64,000 nucleotides of DNA from Paraspadella gotoi. Taxonomy: Eukaryota; Animalia; Chaetognatha. The translations under genes and the position numbers were made by a program. Position 1 is the first letter of the stretch, and each line of letters opens with the position of its first letter. The DNA is taken from contig CM119263.1 of assembly GCA_051294375.1 (NCBI GenBank), forward strand, positions 24,780,688 to 24,844,687, written 5' to 3'. Positions 11,523 to 23,172 of this stretch are shown here, one piece after another. The notes beneath the pieces were generated by a model. That model saw only the letters and a list, made by a program, of their open reading frames with translations. It did not search any database and was not told the origin of the DNA.

Positions 11523-11877
11523 ACCAGAGATAATCTGAAGAAAAAAATGAAAAAAAAATATTAAAATCTTTTACTTGTACATATATATATATATAATTCT
11601 ATCGGACAACAACTAAAACGCCAAGCAATTTTTTGGTGAAATAAAAAAAAAATTCCAACGAAATATATAATAATCGTTTAAGCTAATTACAAACAAGGAA
11701 AAAAAAAGAAAGCGACAAAAATTTTTTTTTGTGAATAAAAAAAAAATTCCAAAGAAATGTATAATAAGTAATACATTTAATCGTATAAGCTAATTACAAA
11801 CAAAGAAAAAAAAGAAAGCGACAAAAAAATTTTTTATTTAAAATTGAAGATAAATGGCAAAAAGTCAGAGTTTGTTT

Positions 11878-12527
11878 TTAATTCGACGACTCCATTGGCA
11901 AATCCGTTGGATTATTCTCCGTTGATGGCAGTAGATACAAGCCCGTCAGCTGATTGAGGCTGACAGAGCCCTCCTCGACGAGCCCAGACAAAATGCCATT
12001 GATTTTTTTTTTTGCATAGAGACCCCTGACGAAGCCAACCTCGGCGGAAACATATTCCTGGACAAACTTCCGCGAGACACCAACACTGCGGGCGCCCATC
12101 TTCAGCGAAGCCAATATGGCCGAAACAACCTCCGGTTGTGTGACATTTTGGCGACGCGTCGATTTGCCGTTGTCGACAACAAAAGCTGAGCGCTTGATGC
12201 GAGAAACGCGGTCTTCGAGCGCCACGATCTTTTTGTGTAACATCGAGATGGAGCACTCATTGGCGACCACCCTGTCGCTAAGCGGAGCATAAGGCGTCGA
12301 AGCCTCGGAAAATGTGGCTAGGGAGGACCCCGGCGATGACGGCGGACTCTGTGTAGCAACGCCTGAAGGCACGGCCTCGTCGTTTGAAGAAAAATCAACT
12401 CCCGTTTAACAGGAAGTGAAATGTCAGGCGTTTTAGACGTTGATGCCTCCAACGGTTCTATCGAGTTGAACAATGGGCGATGCGAATTCATCTCCGGTCG
12501 CAGATTGGCCGATGTAAAATGGGCCAT
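11878..12527 (-). CDS. Protein with linker histone H1/H5 globular (H15 winged-helix)-like domain
   Basis: PEVVSAILASLKMGARSVGVSRKFVQEYVSAE...KKKINGILSGLVEEGSVSLNQLTGLYLL follows the H15 pattern (I..AI....GSSR..I.KYI...L..LV..G.L....G.F.L). The probable start ATG at 12527 needs one extra base in the homopolymer at ~12390. Confidence 0.6.
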
Positions 12528-12548
12528 TTCAAAGTTTACAAAGAATGG

Positions 12549-12589
<41 letters not shown>

Positions 12590-12909
12590 AAGATACAGAA
12601 AAAAAAGTTTTTTTTATGTTGGGGGGCCTTGAGAAACGAAAGTTTTTTTATATTGTGCGCTGTGAGATTCGAAAGTTTTTTTTCTTATGTGACGCTGGGA
12701 AAAAAAATTCGACAGAGATGTTAACGCGAGAGAATCACAAAACAAAATGAGAAAAAAATTTAAACCGGATCAAGCTATATACGAACAAGAGACGTTTCTC
12801 CAAATTTTCATGGTCTCCGATTTGACGTAAGAATTTTGAAATTCTCACAGCCTGCAAATGGACTCAGAGTTTCTGCGTACATTCGCGGGCCCTGAGAATT
12901 TCGAAATTC

Positions 12910-13440
12910 TCAGTGTTTTGATTGGAGGAAAATTTTGAGCGTCACCGCCACCCCCCCCCAAAAAAAAAAGCAAATGGGCCCGGGCGCAGCTGTCGTTCGA
13001 ATCATTTCCCTTGGGTCGTCTCTCTGCGAGACGAAGAGTGATCGTGAGCTTCGCCGCGTCCGAAAAGAAAACGAAGATGAGGAATCGGCCTCGTCATCCG
13101 TACCGCTTTCCCCTGGCCCGGGTTCACCAGACTCGCACCCCTCGCTGCCTTCGTCGACGTCATCGTCTTCTTCGTCCTCAGAGGAATCTGTTCTCTTTTC
13201 CTTCTTTTTGCCTTTTTTTTCCTTTTCACTGGGTTCCATCTTTTTAGATTTAGACGTTTTAGACGATTTTGTCTTATTTGTTTTTTTTGTGTTTTCTTTG
13301 TTTTGGTTGCGTTTTGGTTTTTTGTTGTTGGTTTTTTTTTAGATTTTTTGCTGTCTTTTTTCTGGTCGGTCGTTTTCTTTTTTTATTTGACGAGGATGTC
13401 GCTGTAGATTTCCCTCGAAGTACTTTCAAAACGATCCTAT
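12910..13440 (-). CDS. Lys-rich then acidic low-complexity protein, partial (5' end in gap)
   Basis: ORF 12910-13239 (KEKKGKKKEK..DSSEDEEDDDVDE) preceded by in-frame Lys/Thr-rich sequence; same strand as the neighbouring viral genes. Confidence 0.4.
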
Positions 13441-14166
13441 ATCAGATGCTGTGATAGTTTTGCAACTCNNNNNNNNNNNNNNNNNNNNNNNNNNNNNNNN
13501 NNNNNNNNNNNNNNNNNNNNNNNNNNNNNNNNNNNNNNNNNNNNNNNNNNNNNNNNNNNNNNNNNNNNCCGAAATAATTGTCCGAGAGTAATTTACATTG
13601 TTAATCAACGCAAATGTAGAAGCAATTGAGATACAAACGGCATTGAACGGCAAATTGAAAGGCATTGAAACGGCAATTGAACGAAATAGAAACGCATGAA
13701 CGGCAATAGAAGCTGGACTATAAAAAGAATAATATAACGAATTAATAAAAACGCTTAATATAAAAATTAAAATCATAAAGAAACATTAAAACAAAACCTG
13801 CTTCACGCCACGTAAAGCTAGAGAAACTATAATACATTCTTACTTTCTCTCACAAAGGTAAGTTTGCTTCACTTAGATTATATAGAAAACGTTTTAGGCA
13901 AAAAGAGCAACGATTTTTGGGAAACTTGAAACACGGAAATAATTTAACAGGGTTCTTGTAGAGCTTAAGAAGTTAAAATGAAAGTTAGTAGCTGATAATT
14001 TTTTCAAATTTTGACAATAAATTGGTTAAAAATAGAAAAAACCTTAAAAAATTATATCATCATCATTATTGGCCCATTTTTTAATTTTTTCATAAATAAA
14101 ACAAAAAAAAAGTTGTATAATAACTTTATCTTAACTTTTTAAGGCTCTATCATCAGAATCTATAAA

Positions 14167-17033
14167 AAACAAGTTTGAGCAACAATGTGGATCTGCCTAC
14201 ATAATAATTAATAATTAATAGATTAATTAATTAATTATTAATAGATTAATTAATTAATAATTAATTAATTATTAAGTAACTAGATTAATTATAATTTATA
14301 TTCAGCTTGTCATCATCGATGTCTTAAAATTGAAGTCAGGACAGTTATTAAATGTTTTGTTTACAATTTTATCAAAACAAACAAATATCCTCTAATTATC
14401 GAGCGCAGGCGGGCAAAGCCCGTCCTGTCTAGATTTTGATTCGGTTTAGCTTTCGGTCTCGTTTTTTGCAATCATGGCTTCTGAAAATGTGATTATATAG
14501 GGAGTTGAAATTTTCCATCTATGGCCTTCTAATCATCAGATCTTTAATTCTTCTCATGTTTCATATCAATATTCGTATTTGTTTAATGTTTTATTTACAA
14601 AAACAAAACGTTTTAATTATATGATCCTCTCTCTCTCTTCTCTTTTTCTCGTCACTGCTTCTTCTGATTTGTCTAAAAACGAAGTTCCGCTCTGCAGCGT
14701 CTGTCCAGCTTCTTTCCTCTCTCTCTCTCTCTCTCTTTCTCTCACTTTTCCTCTGCTTCTCTTTCCTCTCTTCCTTTTTTTTTTTATAATTATTTTTTAG
14801 ATATAATGTGGGTTCACTAATGTAAAAAACGATACCGCGAAACAGGGCGCGAAACCCGGTCCTTTGGGTAGATGAATAGCCCACGCTACGTGGCGGCGCA
14901 TAAAAGTACTGCTGATTCTTTAACGAGTAAAGGGCTGTAGAGCTTCTCGTCCTCTCTCTCTCTTTTAATTATTATATATGCGGCTCTTTCTCTTCTCTTT
15001 TTCTCTGCAGCGGCTGTTCTCTCTCTCTCTCCTCATTTTTCTCTCTGCTCTCCTCTTGTCTCTCTGTCTCTCTGTGAGTGGTCTGTCCTATCTGTCCGAT
15101 CTCTTTGCGTGAATCGTTTGTTTTTTTGAAAAATTCTGAATTATTTTTTTCCTTCTAAAAACTTTTTTATTATTGCCATTTAATTCGCGCTTTTTCAATA
15201 CAAAATCCCATATTTTCCTCCGAGATTTTCGTGGATTTATTCTCTTTCTTTTCTCTTCTCTCTCTCTCCTCTCTCTTTCTTTCTCTCTCCTCTCTCCTCC
15301 TCGTCTTATCTTTCTCTCTCCTGCTCTTTTTCTCTCTCTCTCTCTCTCTTCTCTTTCACTCAATAGCACGCATTTGTGTTTGTTTTAATTGACTAATCAA
15401 TGCCGCATCAATGAATGATCAATCATCGCATCAAAATCGAATGACAATCATCGCATCACTGAATGAATATCATCACAGCAGTGAATGACTATCATCGCAT
15501 CAAAATTGATTTATCATCGAATCAATAATCAATTCCTAATTACATCAATAAATTACTAATTACATCAATCAATTAGCTATTACCTCAATCAATTAACTAG
15601 TCATCAACTAATTCGTTATCGCAATGATTCATTCGTTTTTTCCCGTTTTTTTCATTAATTTTCTATGATAGTGGCTATGGCTCGATCTTGAGTCTTTTAA
15701 TGAATTTTTTTAATTTTATGTCTCCTTTCTCTCTCTCTGCTCTCTCTCTCACTCTCTCTCTTTCTCTCGTTCACTCTCTCTCCTCTCTCCCACTCTCCTC
15801 TTTCTCTCTCTCTTCTCTCTTTTTCTTTTATGCAATAGCGACGAATCCTTAATGCTTTTAAGATTTTTTTAACTTGCATCATTTTTTCAAACTTGCATAA
15901 TTTTTTCAAACTTGCTATTCCGTCAAAACTTTATATATCTAGATTCTTCACTCACTTTCCTACCGGCTCACAAATTTCATTCAATCTATCATCGGTTTAA
16001 AATACAATAAAAAATATTCAAGTAAAATGTGGACTCATATTTTTTTCATTTAAACTCATTTCCACTCGTACGTTTCCACTGAAACTTTATATCAAGCTTC
16101 GTCATACGTTTTCTACCCACACACAAAAGTTAAACTCAATCTATCCATCCAATTCATGATTAATTGGAGTATTTATTGGTTAAAATAAGTAAAAAGATTT
16201 TTAGTAAATGCGACTTATGTTTTTTCCATTTAAACTAATTTCCACTCACACGATTCCATTCGAAATTTTATATCCAGCTTTATCACACACTTTCCTACCC
16301 ACACACAAAATTTAATTCCAATCCAACCAGCCAATCACGAGTTATTGGAGCTTTTTGCTAAGATGGGACGGATGGAACGGATTGATTGACTAATAATTAA
16401 TTATTGATTAATTATTTACTAATGATTAATTAACTGACTAATTATTTTGATTTATTAATACATCCTGCAATACATTTAATATAAAAGGAAAAAGAAGCAT
16501 AAATCAATTAGTAAAACAGGTTTTTTTGTTTTTTTCCCATTTAAACTCATTTCCACTCAAAACTACTTCCATCGAAACTTGATTTCCTGTCAATAACACA
16601 CTTTCCTACCCACATACAAAATTCTCAGGTTCAATCAGGCCCCATCCACTCGATGAAAGTCAACTTGGCTGTTTCAAATTAGTGAATACAGGTTTTTTTT
16701 TTTTTTTCCATTTAAACTCATTTCCACTCGACGATTTCCAATCCGAAACTTCATATCCAGCTCAATCACACACTTACCTACTCCACACCAAAATCATTAA
16801 ATCATCAATCCAATCACGATTAATTGGTGTTTTTGCTAAGGCTGGGACGGACGGACGGACGGACGGACGGAACGGACGACGGACGGACATCATTTTTTTT
16901 GCATAATTTATCATAGATTCGATGTTCTGACATGACTATAAGTGTGTCCCCGACAATATTGAGGGGGCGGACCGACGGACCGAAAAAGTGAAGTTATATG
17001 ATGTCGGGATCTGTGATAAGCAGATCCGACTAA
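14167..17033 (-). mobile_element. Helentron-associated non-autonomous element (HINE / DINE-1-like), full length
   Basis: On the - strand: 5' palindrome GTCGGATCTG..CAGATCCCGAC, (GTCC)n microsatellite, four ~170-bp internal repeats, 3' subterminal inverted repeat GCAGATCC and CTTGTTT terminus, flanked by T runs. Same element as 35086-37835. Confidence 0.8.
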
Positions 17034-17354
17034 AAATTGATAGCAAAATTTTAAATTATTTTCATTTTCATATATTTAATTCAGCGATAACCATAACCAT
17101 AACCATTTCGAGAGAACTTCAAAGTTTTTCAACCTGATCTCGGCCCTATAATCTAGTCAAGGCGGCGCCCAAAATTGAAAAAACACTTTTCTACACTCCT
17201 AGTTCTCTTTAAATTTTTTTTTCCTTTTTACTACTAAATCCGATTTTCAAATGTAAACTTTTTGATTTAGTTCATTGGGTTTGTTGCACTGAAGCTTTTA
17301 AATATTTATTAATATATTATAATTATATAAAGTTTTTTACGGATATTATTGTGC

Positions 17355-17811
17355 CAGTGGGAAATGAGTTTAGATGGAAAAAACATAAGTCACATATACT
17401 TGAATCTTTAATATTAAATGATTAACTAATAAATTGTTTTAATTAATTAATTAGTTAAATTAATTAATTAATTAATGTTGGAAAAAATGATGCAAAGTTA
17501 AAAAAATCTTAAAAGCATTAAAGATCGTCGCAAGTCATAAAAGAGAGGAGAGAGAGGAGAGTGAGAGAGAGACAGAGACATAAAATAAAATAAAGGATAT
17601 TTGTTTGTTTTGATAAAATGTAAACAAAAACATATTTAATAACTGTTCCTAACCCAATTTTAAGGACATCGATGCATGATAAGTTGAATATAAATGTTTA
17701 AATTAATTATTTACATATTAAAATAATTAATTAAATTAATAATTAATCGTTATTAATTAATATAAATTATCGTGGCCAGATCCGACATTGTTTTGCCTCA
17801 AAACTTGTTTT
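17355..17811 (+). mobile_element. Internally deleted HINE fragment with 3' end, opposite orientation
   Basis: Reverse complement of parts of the HINE, ending CAGATCCGACATTGTTTTGCCTCAAAACTTGTTT. Confidence 0.6.
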
Positions 17812-18134
17812 TCCCGATGAATCAGCACTGGCGGAAAAGAGTAGAGAGATATGCTACATATAAATAAAAGGAAAAATCAGTTAATTAATGCAATAATTAA
17901 TTAAATCAGTCAATTTATCAATCAATTAATTATTCAATCAATCAATTTATTATCTAATAATTAATTATTTAATCAATCAATTTATTTATCTATTATTTAA
18001 TTATTCAATCAATCAATCAAGTCAATCATTATCGGCAATATTCTCATCGTCGTCAATTATTTTCTCATGGTTAGTGACGAAAATACCTAAAACAAACATT
18101 TCGAGTCAAATTAATTAACTAATTGCCTGATTAA

Positions 18135-18320
18135 TTGCTCATGAGTGGATGGGGCAATTGACCTGTAATTTTGTATGTGGGTAGGAAAGTGTGTGATTGA
18201 ACAGGAAACCAAGTTTCGATGGAATCGTTTGAGTGGAAATGAGTTTAAATGGAAAAAACAAAAAACCTGTTTCACTAATTGATTATGCTTCTTTTTCTTT
18301 TTATATTAAATGTATATGCA
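18135..18320 (+). repeat. Fragment of the HINE internal repeat unit
   Basis: Reverse complement of ~16465-16655 (GTGGGTAGGAAAGTGTG...GTGGAAATGAGTTTAAATGG). Confidence 0.6.
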
Positions 18321-18644
18321 GTAGAGTTGCCCAGCCTCAAAAAACCCCATACTAAATTCTCACTCGGTCCGGTTTTCCATTTTTTCTTAACTTAAATTCA
18401 TTTTAAAATCCTGTTTAAGCAAAAAATGTTGTTGCTAATAAACCCAATCTAGCGTCAAAGTAAACAGTAGTATATACTGGACAGTGAGATAGACATAACT
18501 TTATTAAGGCGATTTTTGACCACAGTACTGGGTATTAGTGGCCGGAGCGAGGGGGTGGGGGGTGTGGGTGGGGGGTGTGGGTATAGTAGTAAGTATTAGT
18601 GTCCGGAGAGCAAGGGGTGTGTGTAGCGGCGTGGAGTGAGGATT

Positions 18645-19105
18645 TGGAAATTCTCCTTGACCGAGTTGCGAATTTCGGGGTAAAAACTTCGCGCTAGACT
18701 CCGCTGGCAACAAAAAATTCGTGGAGAAAAGTGGGAGAAAAAATTCGTAGAAGAGAGTAAAGTTATACAAGTTATACAAGTTATTTCTTTAGTTTCTTTA
18801 GTTTCTTTAGTTTATGTGGTCCGAGAATGAGAGAAAAAAAATAATATAAGTTTTATCTTTATTTGTTATATGAAATTCTCCTTGACCACTTTGTAAATTC
18901 GTCGGCCAAACCTTCACTCTTCACTCCGCTGGCAACGAAAAATTCGTGGAAAGAAGTGTGCGAAAAAATTCATGGAAGGAGTTACTTTTCCTTTACTTTC
19001 TTTATGTGGTCCGAGAGTGAGAGGACTTGAAACTCCTTGACCGAGTTGTAAATTCGTCGGCCAAAACTTCACTCTTCACTCCGCTGGCAACGAAAAATTC
19101 GTCGA
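18645..19105. repeat. Three imperfect direct repeats (core CTCCTTGACC...ACTCCGCTGGCAAC.AAAAATTCGT)
   Basis: The core recurs at ~18653, ~18877 and ~19033, and again in the duplicate at 26550-27025. Confidence 0.65.
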
Positions 19106-20178
19106 AAACCCGATGAGGCTAAATTACAAATTTTCCTCTGACCAGAAATATATTCAACGCTAACTGCCCAGAGTCTATGAGAATTATTTCTAAAAAAAAC
19201 ATCCTAATACTTTTTATTAGTGGTCTTGCTGACCATCAAAATTACAAATTTTCCGTTAATTTTATAAATTTTCCTGTGAAAAATTAGAATTTCTGTCCTC
19301 CATTTCTACCATTCCTACCTTATCATTTTCTACATTTTTTTTCTCGGATCGACACTTTTTTTTTCAGAAAAATCTGCCGGGGTCGTACCTAAGATCGAAC
19401 CTCAAGCGTGGACTGCCTTAAAAATTGACCAATGATAGCCCTTGCCTCCTCTGGCTTTAACCAATCAGGTGCGTAGTTCAGACAAAAGAACGATATGCCT
19501 CCAAAAATGTACATTTGACAATGAATAGTAATAATTTTGCAATAATTTAGTTTGATCTTGTAAAAATATACTATATATCAACTAATTTGGTACAATAAGA
19601 CACAGCATTATCAAGAAAAGTATACTATGGCCATTCTTATTTGGATTGACTAATCGTTGTTCAGTGTTGAGGCCTATCTCCAATTTTCTCGTTTCTTATT
19701 GGTTTAATTTTACAGCACCTCACCGATAAGGTCCGATAAGTCTGCCATCGTAAGTATAAAGCAAAAAAAAAATTTCGCGTCCATATCTCCACAACATTCC
19801 AAGTGCGACAAGTGAGACGAAGGGCCGGCGTAGAAAGTACCACATTCGAAGAAGCGTTTATGGTGAAAGCGACGTGAGCTGACCGAAGTTGATCACCTTC
19901 TCAACCACTGCCATTAGTGGCATCATTTAATTTCTAAAAAGATTGTCATATATATATCGGGTTTTTTATTAGTAGCTATTATTTCCATCTGGATAGTCTT
20001 AGCTAGATTATTGTTCATTCTGTCGAAGGAGGCATGTAAATAAAAACCAAGTATAACTAAACATAATTTTTATTTCGCAATTTTTTTTACAATTAAAACT
20101 ACATCCAATACAAATAACTGCACGGTATTTCTGGCTGTCAAATCGGCCTCTAATTTTTAACAATTTCGGCTGTTTGTT

Positions 20179-21048
20179 TTATCTGCCAGCAGCGAAAAAA
20201 TTGCCTTCGCTTCGTGCAACTGGACGCTGGGCTAAATTCAAAGTCGTCAGAGAAACGATGGTTTGTCGATGTGTCGCATGTCACTACGCTGTCCTTAAAT
20301 GTCAACGCTGCATGTTTAGGTAAAATGTTGGCCCGGCCTCGGGTGATCCGATGCGATAATGATGGTAGTACTCCATAGGTTGAAACTCACAAGAGCAAGG
20401 TGGTCATGTATGGAGCAGTACCTAATATGTGGTTATTACAAATTATTAATCTCACATATACACGTATACAAAATCTAACGTACGTAAAAAATTAATATAC
20501 ATACCTTTAGTCTAAGTCTTCCGTCCTACAGAGCCGTGTCGTCTAAGGCTCGCCTATTTTCGCCGACGCGGTCTGTCGGGTACACCGTGAGTGTCTCCAT
20601 ACTTAATATCGTGTCTGGGTTTTGCCAATTGGAGCTGTAAAAATCTGGTTGGCCAGCGACTTAAGAACGATCTCAAGTCATCCAAGTTCGGAAGACGAGC
20701 CCAGGAAAAGATGGAAATTCTCTGGAAACATGTCCATTGCTAATCGCCGGTAAGAGTATCGATCTTCGAACCTTCGATCAAAATTTAACATCAATTAACA
20801 TTTTAAAAATGTAGATATATAAAAAAAACGAATTTCTAATTCAAAGAAATAAACTTACATTTGACGCTCGTCGTCGTCCAGGAACGCCGACCTGTGCACC
20901 ACGTAAATGTGGAATCGTTGGAACTGTGGTACTATTCGTTTGCGTCCTCCTCGGCAAATAGTCGCCCTCGCACTTCAATGTATTGAGTCATACGGCGAAT
21001 TTTATCGTAACTGCCGTAAAGAAGTGCATTTTCTCTAAAATGACTCAT
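20179..21048 (-). CDS. Spliced hypothetical gene (3 exons; introns ~20858-20772 and ~20504-20422), indel-damaged
   Basis: AAAAATG start (MSHFRENA), GTAAGT and GTATGT donors, AT-rich 83-87 nt introns between GC-richer exons. Duplicate at 28136-29002. Confidence 0.45.
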
Positions 21049-21265
21049 TTTATTTTTTTTGAGTGTTTTTTTTGTGTTGTTAACGCTAAAACCTAAACCA
21101 AAAACTAAATGCAATGAAACGAAAGACAAACACGTAATCATGAAATCAGTTAATGTTACAGGGCTATGTATTTATGTATATAGGTCTACTCGGTTGTACA
21201 TGGATCTATTTAATAAAAAACGAAGCCAAGATAGTCTCACAGTGGTGGTCTTTAACGTTTCTAAC

Positions 21266-22190
21266 CTACCAGGATAGGGCCTCTTCTTGGGCGGCTGCAG
21301 CCGAATCCACCAAGAAAAACGTATATAGTTTTTTTTGAAAAATCGCCATTTTCCTTTGTGACGTATTCTGCGTCAGTCTTAAATGTCCCACCACCAGAAT
21401 AAATTTCGATGGCTTCGTGGCAACTGGACGTCTATTAGCGCAAGGGAGTGCATGCTGACACCAGTGGACGTCAGCAAATCGCCCGCCCACTGACTATGCA
21501 AGTTGTCTTTCGCAAAGGTTTGCAGCCTTGCCTTCGTCAATGAAAAATGTTGGCGTTTGAAAGCTCTGTGGAAAGGCCACATGAATGCCCTCGAAGACCG
21601 AAAAGCGTCTGTTTTCGTGCCTGAGAAAAATATATGTAAATATTACTAAAGCTAACCATAGAAAAATAATCGCCTCACCGATGACTTAAGGAAGGGGGTC
21701 GACAATGGCACTATCGTCCCATATCCAGTTTCTCTGATTCTCCAATCGTCCGCTTGCAACACCAAAGCGATCTTATTTGCCGGAAGCAAAATACTTCGCC
21801 CTACTGCGAATCGACAACAGGTTGCGTGGGGAATCTGCCAGCGAATATCCTGCGGAATTCTTTTTCCTCTGGGAGGTTGACCCAGAGACGATCCCAATAT
21901 TCAGGACGTGGTCCCCCCATTCGCGCCCAATTTTTAGATTTCTCCTCAAACCTACGATAAAGTCATCGACAATGAAACATTTGTCAATAAAAAAATAAAA
22001 CAAGTAAAAAATTAAAAATTATAATGAGGCTAACCTTTCCCTGACCCACTTGTCCCTGAACAACGTTCGCTGCGCCCTATGGATTTTAAACCCAGGTCAA
22101 GGCTCTTGATCTTCTTTTCTCAACCCCCAAATGAAACGTTCCACTTTCGTGACCTCATGGATCGTTTGATCTTATTCCAGCATGCGTAGT
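21266..22190 (-). CDS. Spliced hypothetical gene, indel-damaged; boundaries approximate
   Basis: GC-richer exon-like blocks separated by a GTTAGC...TAG intron (22034-21952) and a possible second short intron near 21621-21656. Duplicate at ~29220-30160. Confidence 0.35.
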
Positions 22191-22916
22191 AGTACAGCCC
22201 TTGTTTTTGTTAATTTTTTTTTTTAAAAGTGAATATATTTAGGAAATGAAATTAAACTATAAGTAAATTTTAATTTTGTGACTGATTTCACAGACTAGAC
22301 CTTATATGCCAATGAGATTCAGAATGAGACACTTTTAAACAAGCAAGCAATCTGGGCAAGCCAAGTCGTAAAATGTAAATTTTAAACTTTTTTTTTGATT
22401 AACTTTTTTTGTGCTGTTAAAGGCCTAACCTCGATTTTTACTTAACAGAATCGCAATTGCAACAATCCAATTTGTCTGCGAATGATCAGATGATAGTCCC
22501 AATTTCAATGACAGCATTAGGCGGGGTGATTCCATTCAAGGCCCTCGCGGCGGTCTTGAACAACGTCGCATCTCCTAAAACGATCAAAGGTCCGGGTAAA
22601 CCTAACACAAAAAGGAAAAAGAAATACAAAACTGTGGCCAATTTGGTTTCGGCTTCGACCCTGAGAAAACTGACTTTGGCCATGCCAACTAATAAAAAGA
22701 ATATGTTTGCGCCATGTGCCTTAGAATCACAACATAACCTGGGAATTCATCTGGCAAATACTTGTTTCGTGGCCAAAAAACTAATCCCTGTATTAAGTTC
22801 ACTCATAAACGACACTGTCGATGACACAAAATTCAGTGCATTTATTTGCAATTACAACTACTGCCAGGATACAATCGTTACACTCAATACAGATTTCGAA
22901 GAAAGTTCATTCGTCA

Positions 22917-23134
22917 CTGTCCCTATCTGTCCGATCTCTTGCGTGAATCGTTTGTTTTTTTGAAAAATTCTGATTATTTTTTTCCTTCTAAAACTTTTTA
23001 TTATTGCCATTTATTCCGCGCTTTTTTTCAATACAAAATCCCATATTTCATCCGAGGATTTTCAGTGGATTAATTCCTTTCTTTCTCTCTCTCTCTCTCT
23101 CTCGTCTCTTTCCTTCCCTCTCTCTCTCTTTCTT

Positions 23135-23172
<38 letters not shown>

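Larger units (their letters stand above)
1..13468. mobile_element. Endogenous Polinton/adintovirus-like DNA virus, lineage A (ends not visible)
   Basis: Compact cluster. SF3 helicase and pPolB on + converge on a block of - strand genes including a Polinton-type major capsid protein. Short intergenic gaps with AATAAA after several stops. Left end is the window edge; right end is an N gap. Confidence 0.88.

Noticed and set aside
14579-15909. Short ORFs rich in ER/LS
   Set aside because: They are translations of (CT)n/(GA)n microsatellites within the HINE.
16040-16830. Regularly spaced repeats resembling a CRISPR array
   Set aside because: The units are ~170-bp degenerate tandem repeats inside a eukaryotic transposon, with no unique spacers and no cas genes.
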